64,000 bases of DNA, taken from NCBI RefSeq assembly GCF_964213995.1, contig NC_135816.1, positions 20,522,001 to 20,586,000 on the forward strand, written 5' to 3'. Below are positions 12,250-25,249 of this stretch, in pieces. A program made the translations under genes and the position numbers. The stretch is from Mustelus asterias (lineage: Eukaryota). How positions within the stretch are numbered: position 1 is the stretch's first letter; each line of letters starts with the position of its first letter. A model generated the notes under the pieces. It was given only the letters and a program-made list of their open reading frames with translations, was not told the DNA's origin and ran no database searches.

Positions 12250-13010
12250 AGGTAGAATTTAACGCTCTCCCCAAAGCCGAGTTCAGTAACAGGGTTATTT
12301 AATCAGGCAGGAAAGTGTCAGGTGGAGACGCCTTCACCTTCTCACCTCAACCTCGATTACGTCCATGTTGGGAAGACCTGTGGACAGCCTTCCTGTCCTG
12401 TCCTTAAGTGGGCAATTAATGCCATGTTAATCCCTCGTTAATTGATCGAGGGGCTCGGGAACGAGACTGGGGGTGCCTCTGAGGACCACCCTTGCTGCGG
12501 ACCTTCTCCCCTGCATTCACCTCTCCGTCCCCATTCTGCATGGCCCCCTCTCCCGATCACTCACTCGTGACCTGGAAAAAAATGATCCCAGTGGGTGTCA
12601 TACCAGCAGCAGCTACTGCCTCTCCAGTTGCAGGCATTGCAGAGTGGGGATGGAGAGGTGAATGTATGAGAGAGGGCTCGCTGCAAGGGTGGAGGGTGGC
12701 CCTCAGAGTTACCTCCGACTCTCATTCCTGAGTCCCTCGATCCATTAATGTGGCATTAACTGCCCACTTAAGGAGAGGACAGGAAGGCTGTCCACGGGTC
12801 TTCCTCAGTTGAGCTGCCAGATTGGCTAGTAGCTCGATGGGATTTCCTCCCCCGAGGTCCTTGATTGCAGGAAAATCCCGCTGCTATCTGGATAAATGCT
12901 CTAGAGGCACTTAATTCAGTGGGCCTTTCCTGTAAGAGGAAAATGATGGGCTCTCACTGGCTGTCCAGACAGCAGGCAAAACCTTCATTGCCTCCATTAA
13001 ACACCACCCT
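12250..13010. mobile_element. Palindromic MITE-like element containing a ~430-bp fold-back
   Basis: Inverted arms 12371-~12570 and ~12620-12804 (ggaagacctgtggacagccttcctgtcct / aggacaggaaggctgtccacgggtcttcc). Confidence 0.65.
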
Positions 13011-13168
13011 ATATTTACATATTGGAAATATCCTTCCTGTAAAGGTTAAGGCAGATCATTTTGACAGCCGGGATGAGCTTTGAGTTTCTTCCAGTTTAAG
13101 TTTCTTTATCTGGATGTGTTTTTAATATCTGGAAACTATTCCTTCTCCAACACCATCCTCTGTTGCCT

Positions 13169-14208
13169 AAGTTTAAAGTTTATTTATTACAAGTAGGCTT
13201 GCATTAACACTGCAATGGAGTTATTGCAAAACTCCCCCAGTCGCCACACTCCGGCGCTTGTTCAGGTACACTGAGGGAGAATTTAGCTTGGCCAATGCAC
13301 CCAACCAGCACAAAGAAACATGATTGAAGTGAAAGTTTGATTCTCAATCTGACAACACAAACACCAAAAGCGTCCAGGACAGATAAAATACCAGCAAGAC
13401 AAGCAAGGTTACGCCAAATCGAAAGAAAGCAAGATGCCCCCAGGCCAGTAGAAAAACCTAAAAATAAATGAAACTGCAAAGGTATCTTAGCTGCAGCTTT
13501 GGAAGAGAGTGATTCTAAATGGAAATTACTGATGAAGGAAGGGTTGCAAAAACAATTAGATTTTCCAATTTCCTCATTACTCTGTAACCTGGTCATGAAG
13601 TCGGCTGATATGAGTTTTTGCAAAGGTGACAGTCCTGATCGACTGTAGCTATACCTTCTCCTTCTCTCCTCCCTGCAGCTCTACCACCCCCGCCCCCCCC
13701 CCGCCCCCCCCACCACTGCAACCCCCCCCCACCCCCACCCCCAAAGTAGTCTTCCAATCTTGGCTCTTGTTCAATCCAGTTTAGGTCCAGAAGTAGCTTA
13801 TAAACTAAATGCCCTTTTCAGTGTGGAGCTCAATGTGGTATTGTGACAGTTACTCAAACGTGGTTTGTTGTGTGGGGGATCTAGATATATACCTGTCATG
13901 GTGGTAATACAAGAAGCCAACAGATGGACTGGGAAAATGCTATTGAACACTGCAGGGGGTAAGCAATGGGTATTGTGTTGCATTCAATAGCGCTGCATGA
14001 GGCCTAAAATCTCCCATTTTGTTTTTGCGGCAATCCTAGAGTTGATGCAGAATGCAGCAGCATCCTAATTATTAGCATTTTCGGACTGTGGGAGGAAACC
14101 GGGGAGTACGTGCAGACTCCGCACAGACAGTGATCCAAGCTGGGAATCAAACCCACGTCCCTGGCACTGTGAGGCATTAGCGCTAACCATTGTACCACCC
14201 TGCCGCCC
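13169..14208 (-). mobile_element. V-SINE (tail 2) split by a ~770-bp templated insertion
   Basis: SINE sequence stops at aaccagcac (13311) and resumes at ttcggactgtgggaggaaacc (14080). Confidence 0.9.
13309..14079. repeat. Local duplication of 15175-15973: first part inverted, second part direct
   Basis: 13309-13645 is the reverse complement of 15175-15513; 13649-14079 is a direct copy of 15573-15973; near-identical ORF pairs 13204/15197 and 13798/15692 in the track. Confidence 0.95.
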
Positions 14209-14626
14209 AAGGTATTAAAACCCCAAATTTCCAAACAAAACTGTAAATTTCAGGTTCCATCTTGTGCCTCGAGACAGCAATCTTCCTGAATGCACACTGA
14301 TGGTCCTGATGCTCTGGGTTTTGTGGTTCAAAGGGTTGCATTCACTCAGGGAGAACGCAAATTGAGAAATGCAATTCCACATAAATCTGAAATACAGCTT
14401 TATCACTAACATTTTGACATTGAGGAAGCAGATTCAACATCTTCTTCCCCTTTTTCACATGGGGCAACCTGTTTCTTCGACTACTTGATGAAGAGCAGAT
14501 TATGCTCTTGAGTTGTTTCTGTCGCAAAATCCATTTTCATCCCCAGCCTGAGAACCAATTAGCTACAGTGAGGGTGTGACACTTGTGTCAACCCAGCATT
14601 CATAGGCTGGAACTTGATTGCTGGGA

Positions 14627-14945
14627 CATAGAATCATAGAATCCTTACAGTGCATAAGGAGGCCATAAGGAGCCTGCACTGACAACAATCCCACCCAAGC
14701 CCTATTCCCGTAGCCCCACATACTTACCCTGTTCGTTGCCCCGACACAAAGGGCAATTTAGCATGGCCAATTAACCTAACCTGCACGTCTTTGGACTGTG
14801 GGAGGAAACCAGAGAACCCGGAGGAAACGCACGCAGGCACGGGGAGAATGTGCAAACTTCACACAGACAGTGACCCGAGGCTGGAATTGAACCCGGGTTC
14901 CTGGTGGTGTGAGGCAGCAGTGGTATTGAGCCACCGTGACACCCC
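14627..14945 (-). mobile_element. HE1-like V-SINE
   Basis: Reverse complement of head, V-domain and CR1-type tail. Confidence 0.9.
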
Positions 14946-16724
14946 TGACTTATCATAGCATTGTGTAATATTTTCTGACTTACTTTACAGTTACTGCACA
15001 AGTGCACTGCACTCAATAGGCAGACAAATACAAAAAGTATTTGTGTGGGGAATTTGAACCATTTTTAGTGCTGTGTCACAGACATCTATAAAACGGCTGT
15101 TTCTGTCCTTGAGTATTTTTCTTTGCATTAAAGCAACTCGCCGAACCTGCTACACACACACAGTGCACACTGAGCAGCCGATCAGGACTGTCACCTTTGC
15201 AAATACTCATGTCAGCCGACTTCATGACCAGGCTACAGAGTAATGAGGAAATTGGAAAATATAATTGTTTTTGCAACCCTTCCCTCATCAGTAATTTCCA
15301 TTTAAAATCACTCTCTTCCAAAGCTGCAGCTAAGATACCTTTGCAGTTTCATTTATTTTTAGGTTTTTCCACTGGCCTGGGGGCATCTTGCTTTCTTTCG
15401 ATTTGGCGTAACCTTGCTTGTCTTGATGGTATTTTATCTGTCCGGGACACTTTTAGTGTTTGTGTTGTCAGATTGAGACTCAAGCTTTCACTTCAATCAT
15501 GTTTTGCTTTGTGTAGTTTTGAAGTTGGACTGAACTCTGTCCATCGCTGCTTTCAGCCACAACTCCCTTTGTCTATACCTTCTCCTTCTCTCCTCCCTGC
15601 AGCTCTACCCCCGCCCCCCCCCCCCCCCCCCCGCCCCAAGTAGTCTTCCAATCTTGGCTCTTGTTCAATCCAGTTTAGGTCCAGAAGTAGTTTATAAACT
15701 AAATGCCCTTTTCAATGTGGAGCTCAATGTGGTATTGTGACAGTTACTCAAACATGGTTTGTTGTGTGTGGGATCTAGATATATACCTGTCATGGTGGTA
15801 ATACAAGAAGCCAACAGATGGACTGGGAAAATGCTATTGAACACTGCAGGGGGTAAGCAATGGGTATTGTGTTGCATTCAATAGCGCTGCATGAGGCCTA
15901 AAATCTCCCATTTTGTTTTTGCGGCAGTCCTAGAGTTGATGCAGAATGCAGCAGCATCCTAATTATTAGCATTCCAGACTTAGATGAAGCGTTAACTTTT
16001 ATCCAGTGTGTAATTTATGCACTTTGTGTTTGGACACTTGTCCTTTGTCAGCACCAGAGCCTCTTTATTCGTCGTTGATATAGACTCAACTTCTAAATTT
16101 CTATAGTAGCATTTTATCGCTTCTATGCTTTATTCTTTGGTAAAAAAAAGTCTTTCAAACATAGTGATTTGTGCCAATTTTTGTCAGGAATATAAGAATT
16201 CACACAAAGCTATAGTCGTATTATGAATGTATGTTCCTTGAAAAAGTTATAGGTCTTGTTTTACCTATCAATCCTTAGATAATGCTAGCCTTCATTTGAA
16301 GCCTTGTCTGTGTTGCTGGGGTCTCGGTCTATTGATGCATTGCAAGCTGCAAGATGAAGGATGCATGATGTCCTTTTGGGTCAAAGTGACAAACACTGCT
16401 TCCTTACATTCGAGAATGAGTGAACATTGACAGAGGTTCTCTCCTGCCTTGAAATATTTATTGCTTGCTTCCAACTTCTTCGAGACAACTTTCCTGCAAA
16501 ATCACAGGAGATACTGATTCTCGATGCCTGATTTGCCCAGAATGCTTCCTGCTGGGTGGGCACCAGCCAGGGATTTACCCTCACACTAACAATAATGCAA
16601 CGAAAATTGAATGTCGGCCATATACAAATCTTACTGAAATACTGCCCCCTTCAAGTTAATTTGTTCCCTGGGTGAAGAGTTGTGAACGCAGCCCAGCCCA
16701 TCACCCAAACTCACCTCCCATCCA

Positions 16725-18105
16725 TCGAAACAAGAGCAGAAAATGCCAGAAAACCTCAGCAGGTCTGACAGCATCTGTGGGCAAAGAATAGATCCAATGT
16801 TTCGAGTCCAGCTGACCCTTCATCAGAACTAAGAACAAAGGGAATCAGCAGAGATTTACACTATGAGGACGGGGAGGGGGTGGGGGGCGGGGGGGGGGGG
16901 GGGGGTGGGGGGTGGTCTCGGAATGGGACAAAGGGAATGTAAGTGAGGATACACAAGGCTGAGAAGGTGCTAAAAATTTCCATTAACTGACCAGAATGTG
17001 TGAATGGCAGAACAGAGGTGCAGATGGTTAAGGGACTGCCTGGGGATTATGGCAGTTGCCCTGAAAGGGGGAACGGGAAAGAAGGAGAGCTGGAATGGAG
17101 GAATGGAAAAATAGGATTGAAAAAGAATGATAAAATGGATGAATGAGATTGAAAGAAAATGCAATAAAATAAATGGAAATGGGGTGAAGGTGGAGGGGAG
17201 AGTTCATGCTTTGAAGTTGTTGAACTCAGTGTTCAGTCCACAAGGCTGCAAAGTGCCCAATCAGAAGATGAAGTGTTGTTCCTCCAGTTTGCTTTGGGGT
17301 TCACTGGGACATTGCAAAAGGCCAAGGACATACATGTGGACAGGAGAGCAAGGTAGTGTGTTGAAGTGGCAAGCGTCAGGAAGGTCTGGGTCCTGCTTGC
17401 GGATGGACCAAAGGTGTTCAGCAAAGCGATCACCCAGTCTGCGTTTGGTCTCTCTGATGTAGAGTAGATCGCATTGGGAGCAGCAAATGCAATGGGCTGG
17501 ATTAAAGGAGGTGCATGTGAGGCACAGCTTCACCTGAAAGGTGTGTTTGGGCCCCTGGGATGGTGAGCAGGAAGGAGGTAAACGGGCAGGTGTTGCACCT
17601 TCTACGATTGCATGGGAAGGTGCCCTGGGCAGGGGGTGAGGTGTTGCGTGTGATGGGAAAAGTGGACCAGAGTGTCCTGGAGGGAACAGTCCCGATGGAA
17701 TGCTTACAGTTGGGGAGGGGGGGTGGAGGGTGGCGGTGAAGGAGAAGGTGTGATGTATCTCATGTATTAAAAATAACAATTCCATTTCTACAAAGTCTCA
17801 TCAAAAATGAAATCCGTACATTTGATGATTGCTGGAGTTGGTGGAAATGGCGGAGGACGATCCTTTGAATGTGGAGTTGGGTGGGGTGAAAAGTGAGGAC
17901 AACGGCGACCCTATCCTGCTTCTGGGAGGAGGGAAGAGGGTGAGAGCAGTGGCCTGGGGAAATGGGTTGGATGCAGCTGAGAGCTTTATCAACCATAGTG
18001 GGTGGAAAACCACGATTGAGGAAGAAGGAATACATATCAGCAGTGCTATTTTGGATAGTGATATCATCAGAACGGATGCGGTGGAGGCAAAGGAACTGAA
18101 AGAAT
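16725..18105 (-). mobile_element. Penelope-like retroelement 3' part (GIY-YIG endonuclease and terminal repeat)
   Basis: ORF 17261..17785(-) LTCTSFN..HCICCSQCDLLYIRETKRRLGDRFAEHL..HFN..KLEEQHFIF has the PLE GIY-YIG pattern; FFLNRGFPPTMVDKAL in ORF 17760..18167(-); frameshifted. Confidence 0.92.
16793..16830 (-). ncRNA. Minimal hammerhead ribozyme motif in the PLE terminus (family 2)
   Basis: Minus strand agtt-CTGATGA-a-gggtc-agctg-gactc-GAAA-catt; core intact, stems I and III eroded. Confidence 0.6.
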
Positions 18106-18365
18106 CCATATTGACTCTGTCTACACTTCCCGCTGCCTCGGAAAAGCAGCCAGCACAGTAACTTCATTGCAGTGTTAATGTAAGCCTACTTGTGACACGA
18201 ATAAGTAAATTTTAGACCCTAGCTATGAATGTAACACTCTATTCTGCACCCTCTCCTTTCCTTCTCCCCTATGTGCTCTATGAACGGTATGTTCTGTCTG
18301 TATAGTGCACAAGAAACAATACTTTTCGTTGTATCCCAATAAATGAGACAAAAATAAATTGAAGA
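18105..18365 (+). mobile_element. Rex/Babar-like LINE 3' fragment with an inserted SINE tail
   Basis: Matches 53740-53790 and 53955-54100; V-SINE tail-2 piece at ~18155-18212. Confidence 0.7.
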
Positions 18366-18899
18366 TAAGGGTTATAGTGTGAAACTATCTCCTCATGCAT
18401 CACAAATAAATACAGTATTCCCACCAATGGCTTCACTGACTTTTTGTTCCCACGCTCTCACACAGCAACTGAAGCAGCTAACTACTTGAATCTAACAACT
18501 GAAAAACGGTCTGTTATTACCTTTAAAGAGAAATTAAGGCTTCATACAAGTCCAATTTAATACTCGGGACTTTCAGTCAATTTGTAATTCCTGGGGATTG
18601 ATTTTGGTTTTTCTTTTCGCTCATTTAATTTACACAGCAGAAACAAGTTTTGAACCAAAAGGTTTTCCACTTACCCGGAAGCAGCCATTAATAACCCTGT
18701 GGAGATCATTAGCAACCCATTGTCATCGGTTAATGATGTCACACTGCTTACCACTGCTGCCTGGAAATCATAGACTACCACATATGTCAACGTAGAAGAG
18801 TTTCTTAATGAAATCTCCTAATAAAAATAAGGTCCTGATGGTGATTAAATGGAAGTGATTAAACGTAACTGTTCGCAGACACTTCCAAGATTAGAACAT

Positions 18900-20950
18900 T
18901 CTATAACATTTCAGCATCTACCTTCAAGTGGGAAATTGCAAAAGGAAAAGATAATGAATCTGGCAGCAATGACATCTGGAGGCCCCCAGAGATCCGATTT
19001 TAAATCTCTGCTGTTCTTCATGTTTATTAACGACCTTGATGAAAGTATTATAAGCAAAATGTCTTAGTTAGACGATTATGCTAAATCCTAACCGTGCCAA
19101 AGAAAGGCCTTCCCACTTGGGAAGATGAAAGGCAAAAGGCCACCATTTAGCAGTAAATGTAAGTAAATCGATCTTGGCGTTAAAGATCAACAATGATAAG
19201 GGCATAAGCAGGCAAATGGTACGTTAGGTTGGCAGCTCTGACCAATATCTAAGCACTCTATGTTGTGTACCACATCAGTGACAATATTTATATTTATAAT
19301 GAGGATTTAGGCAAGTTGAATGTGTGGGCAAATACACGGCAGATGCAGCAAAGTATGGATAAATGTGAAGTTATCCACTTCAAAAGGAGAAACAGAATGG
19401 TAGAGTATTATTTAAATAGTGATAGATTGGGAAATGTTGACGTATAGAGGGGCCTGGCTGTCCTGGTACAGCGGTCACTGAAAGAAAACATGTAAGTACA
19501 GCAAGCAGTTAGGAAGGCAAATGGTCAATAGATAAAGGAGAACCGTGGATGTGGTGCTTTGGAATTTTCAGAATGCTTTTGATAATGTATTGCACAGGAG
19601 GTTCGTAAACAAAATTACAGCACATGGGACTAGGGGTAATATCCTAGACGAATAGACTAAGAGTTGGTTAACAGATAGAAAGCAGGGATTAGGGATAAAC
19701 AGTTCTCCCTCAGGTTAGGGTACCACAAGGACCAGTGCTAGGACTACAGCTATTCACAATCTATATAAATGATTTGGATGTGGGGACCAATTGTAATATT
19801 TACAGATTGGCTGATGACACCAAACTAGGATGTAAGTTGTAAAGAGGCTACATGAAAGGGCTAGAATGTGACAGATGGAATATATTGTGAATAAGTGTGA
19901 TTTTGATTTGGTTTATTATGATCACATGTATTGGTATACAGTGAAAAGTATTGTTTCTTGCGAGCATACCCTCCATAGAGTGCATAGGGGAGAAGGGAAG
20001 GAGAGGGTGCAGAATGTAGTGTTACAGTCATAGCGAGGGTGTAGAGAAAGATCAACTTAATATAAGGTGAAGCTATCCATTTTGGTGGGGACAAAACAGA
20101 AAGACAGAATATTTCTGAAATGATGAGAGATTGTGAAGTGCTGGTGTCCAAAGGCACCTGGATGTTCTTGTTGATAAGTCACTGAAAGCGAGAATGCAGG
20201 AACAACAATCAATAAGGAAGGCAAATGGTATGTGGGCCTTCATTGCAATGGACTTTGAGCCCAGGAATAAAGATGTCTTGCTGCAATTGCATAGAGCCTT
20301 GGTAAGTCAGCACATGGATTATTGTGGACAATTTTGGTCTCCTTCACTAAGGAAATAAATATTTGCCATAGAAGGAGTGCAGCAGAGGATTACCAAACTA
20401 ATCCCTGGGATGGAGAGATTGAGGAAGTTGAGCCTTTATTGAGTTTTAATGAATGAGAGATGATCTCACTGAAAATTTAAAAAATCATACAGGAATGACA
20501 GGGTGAATATAGATAGGCTACCAAAGGAGGTGGTAGAAGCAGATACAATAGCAACAGCTAAGAGGCACCTTGACAGACACATGAATAGGTGAAGAATTGA
20601 GGGATATGGACTGCGTAGAGGCAAAAGGTCTTTCATTTAGAAATGCGTCATTTGTCGGCAGGGGCTTGGTGGACAGAAGGACATGTTCTTGTGCTGTACT
20701 GTTCTTTGTTCAGGATGTTTCCCCTGGCGGATGAGTCCAGAACCTAGGGAAATAATCTTATTAGGGACAAGGAAATGAGGAGGAATTTCTTCACTCAGAG
20801 GGTAATGAATCTTTGGAATTCCCGATCCCAGAGGCCTGTGGAAACTCAATCATTGAGTATGTTTAAAACAGAAATCGACACATTTCTGGGGTCTAATGAC
20901 ATCGAATTAACTGGCAGAACAGATTGAGGGGCTGAATGTCCTGTTCCTAT
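18900..20950 (+). mobile_element. Cluster of old CR1 LINE fragments, with a Rex-like tail inverted at ~19900-20065
   Basis: Degenerate RT motifs: FQNAFDNV.H, IYINDLD, ADDTKLG, KCEVIHF, YCGQFWSP. Confidence 0.8.
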
Positions 20951-21724
20951 TAGACTGGAATTGAAGAAAAGGAGAGTTCTCAGGGCATTGTAGGACTGGT
21001 GGTGGCTACAGAGATATGGAGAGGTAATGCCATCCTTTAACGACACGCAATTTAATACAAAATCACATTCTTAATCTGCTCATAGCTGTGATTCACTTAA
21101 GTCTGAACTTGTCAAATTGAAGAATTTTCACCACTGCCCGACAGTGACAAAGGGAGCACTGCTTGAGTATCACCCTGTGGAAAGGACTTTCTTACCCAAG
21201 GGAAAGCATTATTTTCTCACTCTAAACTATTGTTTAAAATAGACTGTTTGCACTGTGTAAAGTGCAGAGAATGAAGTTCAGTGTCATGTGAGGCTGTGAG
21301 CCAGGGCAATAACACCATAAATACATTAATAGCCTTACATTTCACGAGGGATCTTGCTGTTAGTATCGTGACTGTCGTGTTTGAAAACACTGCAGATGGG
21401 ATTTTATGGCCTCACTCGGGCAAGACCGTAGATTCCCACCCGAGATCAATGAAGATTTCTGTTGGCGGACCCTCGCCCGCGCTGTGGCAGGTGAGGTGGT
21501 AGAGTTCCAGCCTGCATGTTAAAAGTAGGGGAATTTCACAGTAACTTCATTGCAGTGTTAATGTAAGCCTTACCTGTGACTAATAAATAAACTTTACTTT
21601 AATTGATAGTTTGAGAAGTAGTTTTATGTTTTTCTGACAAAAGTTGTGAGGTTCTACATCAGCACATTTCTTTCTGTATAAAACACAATTTTTTGCGGCC
21701 ACTGCATGAAATCAGCTGCTATTT

Positions 21725-22403
21725 TTTATTATTCATTCACGGGACATGGGCGTTTCTAGCAGATGAGCATTTATTGCCCATTCTAGTTCCCCGAAGGCAG
21801 TTGAGAATCAACCACATTGCTGTGGGTCTGGAGTCACATGTAGACCAGACCAGGTAAGGACGGCAGATTTCCTTCCCGAAAGGACATTAGTGAACCAGAT
21901 GGGTTTTTCCGACAATCGACAATGGTTTTCATGGTCATCAGCAGATCCTTAATTCCAGATATTTTTTGTTGAATTCAAATGGCATGGTGGCACAGTGGTT
22001 AGCACTGATGGCCCACAGCTCAAGGGACCCAAGTTCAATTCTGGCCTCAGGTGACTGTCCGTGTGGAGTTTGCATGTTCTCCCTGTGTCTGCGTGGGTTT
22101 CCTCCGGGTGCTCTGATTTCCGCTCACACTCCAAAGATGTGTGGGGTAGGTTGATTGGCCATGCTAAATTAACCCTTAGTGCCAGGGGGATTATGCCTGG
22201 GGTTACAGAGATAGGCCCTGAGTGGTATTGTTGTCGATGCATGCTCGATGGGCCGAATGGCCTTCTTCTGCCCTGTAGGGATTCTATAATTACATAAATT
22301 CCACCATCTGCCAAGGTGGGGTTCGAACCCGGGTCCCCAGAACATCAGATGAGTTTCTGGATTAATAATGTATCGATAATACCGCTCGGCGATTGCATTC
22401 CCT
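21725..22403 (-). mobile_element. SINE family B with a nested HE1-like V-SINE (21981-22290, +)
   Basis: Family B core and tRNA-like head; gaattcaaat|..|aaattccaccatctgcc continuity across the V-SINE. Confidence 0.85.
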
Positions 22404-23257
22404 TACAATATTACAATCGATGAATATAAAGAAAATTGACCTTTAATTATTTGTTAAAAATAATTGAAATGTTACATGGAAAAAGAAACAAGTGAGTGCA
22501 CCTGAAAGTGTATGTAAACCTTCAACGAAGGTGAAAATTCAACCCCAGGAATCGGAGAACTGAATTGCTGGCATGAGCCTCAGTGAAGTGTAACCAGTAC
22601 CCTTGCTGTAGATTCCACCCCAGTTGTTTTGCCAGGAAGGATTCACAAGCCCGGAGCAGAAAAATAATTTGCCATTTGGTGGAACATCATGGTATGTCAT
22701 CAATGGGGAAAATCATCCTGTTTAAAAAAAAAAAGCTTCTAAATGCTCATTTAGTTTTCGAAGGTGTTACTTCACAATTTGAAATTCCACAGGTAATTTC
22801 TGTGTCCCTCTTCATGAATAGTGTGATGTTAGATTGCCATGCATTTAGTCATTAGTTGAGCTATTAAGTTAAAATCACTCTTGTGGTAGATAGATGAACA
22901 TTATTCAGTTTGGGAAATTATTTAATGTCTCCCATGATGCCTGGCAGGCTTGAAAAGAAAAATTATATTCCTTTTAAGACCTAAGTGGATTGGTTTTCTT
23001 CAATCATTTCTAATTGGTGTCCTAAAGAATCTTAATAGATTTAAGTGAGAGAGGGAGAGAGAGCTTAGTGATTTTAACAAGGGACAGTCTCGGCACCTGG
23101 GCCCCTTCCAAAGGGAGAGCATCACCATTGGGATCCCTTTCGAAGAGGAAGTATACTCATTATGCCTTCTTAAAAAAATGACTTGCCAAGAACAATGAGA
23201 AAAGAGGAATTAACATTGACTAAATGTGAGATAGAACTTGTGTTTATATTCAAAGAT

Positions 23258-23620
23258 TAGTTTATTTATTATTGTCACAAGTAGACTTACATTAACACCT
23301 GATGAAGTAGCAGCGCTCCGAAAGCGTGTGATTCCAAATAAACCTGTTGGACTTTAACCTGGTGTTGTGAGACTTCTTACTGAGCCCACCCCAGTCCAAC
23401 GCCGGCATCTCCACATCACGGCTACATTAACACTGCGATGAAGTTACTGTGAATATCTCCCAGTTGCCACACTCTGGCGCCTTTTCGGGTACACTGAGGG
23501 AGAACTTAGCATGGCCAGTGCACCTAACCAGCATGTCTTTTGGACTGTGAGAGGAAACCGGAGCATCCGAGGGAAACCCACGCAGACATGGGGAGAACGT
23601 GCAGAGTCCACGCAGTCACC
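23258..23620 (-). mobile_element. V-SINE (tail 2) interrupted by a hammerhead-bearing element
   Basis: SINE tail tacattaacac is duplicated around the insertion. Confidence 0.85.
23296..23422 (+). mobile_element. Short PLE-derived element with hammerhead motif (family 1), 11-bp TSD
   Basis: cac-CTGATGA-a-gtagc-agc-gctcc-GAAA-gcgt-gtg; TSD tacattaacac. Confidence 0.8.
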
Positions 23621-24389
23621 CATGCCAAATTGTCGTTCATTTATTAACTCATACTTTTGCAAGTGCCAATTAATTTTGTGCCAGATTATTGGGTTGGGCT
23701 TTGCAAGCCACCGAGGGACATGGGTCAACCTGTAAAACAGTCCACCATGCCATCAGTGCCATGAAGGCTGCTGGTCCGCCTGCAGCGCTGACATTTCATG
23801 AGTGCCGAGCAAGGCAATTGGGTGGGCTGCCAGTTCATCCTTCCACGATAGGTTTGGCCCTGTAAGATTCTGAGCGGGGAAAGAGGGGTGGGTGTTGGGA
23901 TGGTGCGGGTGAGGGGGGGGGGGGTCCTATTTCCAGTTCTCTGTTGCCAATTGGCAGTCCCCTGCAAAGTTTTGTCACCCTATGTCTACCCTCTCCCCTT
24001 GCCCTGTTTCTGGAGCCGCCTTCCCCCTCTCCCCCCCTTTCCGGGGCCTGCCAGACTGACCCCAGCAAGATCGAGGACTTATCTGACGGTCTGGCTCTAT
24101 TGCCGGGCCTGGCTGCAGTACTGGCAGTGGCCACCGCTCCTGTTGGCACTGTAGAGCTGTCTTCCTCCAATTGGTCGGTAGCTCCATGAGACGGGATTTC
24201 CTCCTGAAGTGGTACAAAAGTCTTGGCGCATTGTAATTAAAGATCCATGGGTCATAAAATTAAAGTGGGGCAATCCAGCTCAGTGGAGACTGCCTCACCC
24301 CAGGCATTTACACTGAGGGGTGGGTGGGCTGCGGGGAGTAACTGGGTGCCTGCCTTCAATGTTTAATCCAGCCAAATGTCTGTAAATGT

Positions 24390-25245
24390 TTCCTCACCAC
24401 TGACATTAAGCTGACTGGCATGTAGCTGTTGATTTTATCCCCCTTCTTTTTGTGACAGGAGTGTAACATTTGCAATCCTTCAGTCCTCTGAAAACACTTC
24501 CAAAGCTCAGGGGATTGAAAGATTTTGGGCAGAACCTCAATGCATTTTCACCCTTACTTCCCACAGTAAAGCTGGTGTGTATCCAATCAGACCAGTGACC
24601 TTTCTGCTTTGAGAGCTGCCACTCTTGTTAGGACCCCCTCTTTCTTTTTAATCCAAGTCAATTTCTACACAAATATCTTCATAAAAAATGATGTTGCCAG
24701 TGTCACAGGAGGAGGTGGTCAAGACATAAAAATATTCATTTTATATCTCAGCCACGTACTCTGTCACCCCATGATGTCTTCTTTTTGATTTCTAATCAGT
24801 TGCACTCTTTCATTGACGACTCTTTTACTATTTATCGGCCCATAAGATATTTTGAGACTCCCTTTTATGTTATCCTTAATCTATTCTCAAACATTATCTT
24901 TGCTCTGCTTATTTCCTTCTTAATTTCTTCAATTTATTCACCTTGATTCTCCTCTGAGTTATGAGCCGAACATTTATCCTGAGCCTTATTTTTAATCTCT
25001 CTGACTTTAGTCATTTAGGAAGCTCCAGTTTTAAATGCTCTTCCTTTCCCCCTTTTGGGAATGCATCCAAGCTGCATTCGAAGACCTCAAATTGATAAAT
25101 TGTTGTTTCTTGTTGTTTGTCAGTCTTTCTTTCCAGTCCCTCCTGGATCAGATTCCTTTTTAACTCACTGAATTTAGCCCTCTTCCAGTTGATTTTCACA
25201 TTTGAACTAGTTAATTTCCGGTAACTCAATTTAGCATTGCTTACT
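24390..25245 (-). mobile_element. Old CR1 LINE fragment (between endonuclease and RT)
   Basis: Degenerate CR1 ORF2-like translation, e.g. NWKRAKFSELKRNL in ORF 25011..25229(-). Confidence 0.6.
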
Positions 25246-25249
25246 TCCC

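Noticed and set aside
15159-15165. CACAGTG heptamers here and in many SINE heads, suggesting V(D)J recombination signals
   Set aside because: No nonamer at 12/23 spacing here and no Ig/TCR segments in the window; most heptamers are part of the SINE A-box region
13204-15643. Two near-identical ~140-aa ORFs on opposite strands
   Set aside because: By-product of the local inverted duplication; no recognisable domain, and they run into SINE or poly-C sequence
16871-16915. Long G/C runs here and at 13686-13742, 15608-15637 and 58222-58255 as functional G-quadruplexes
   Set aside because: Unstable homopolymer tracts; the duplicated copies already differ, and nothing here indicates function
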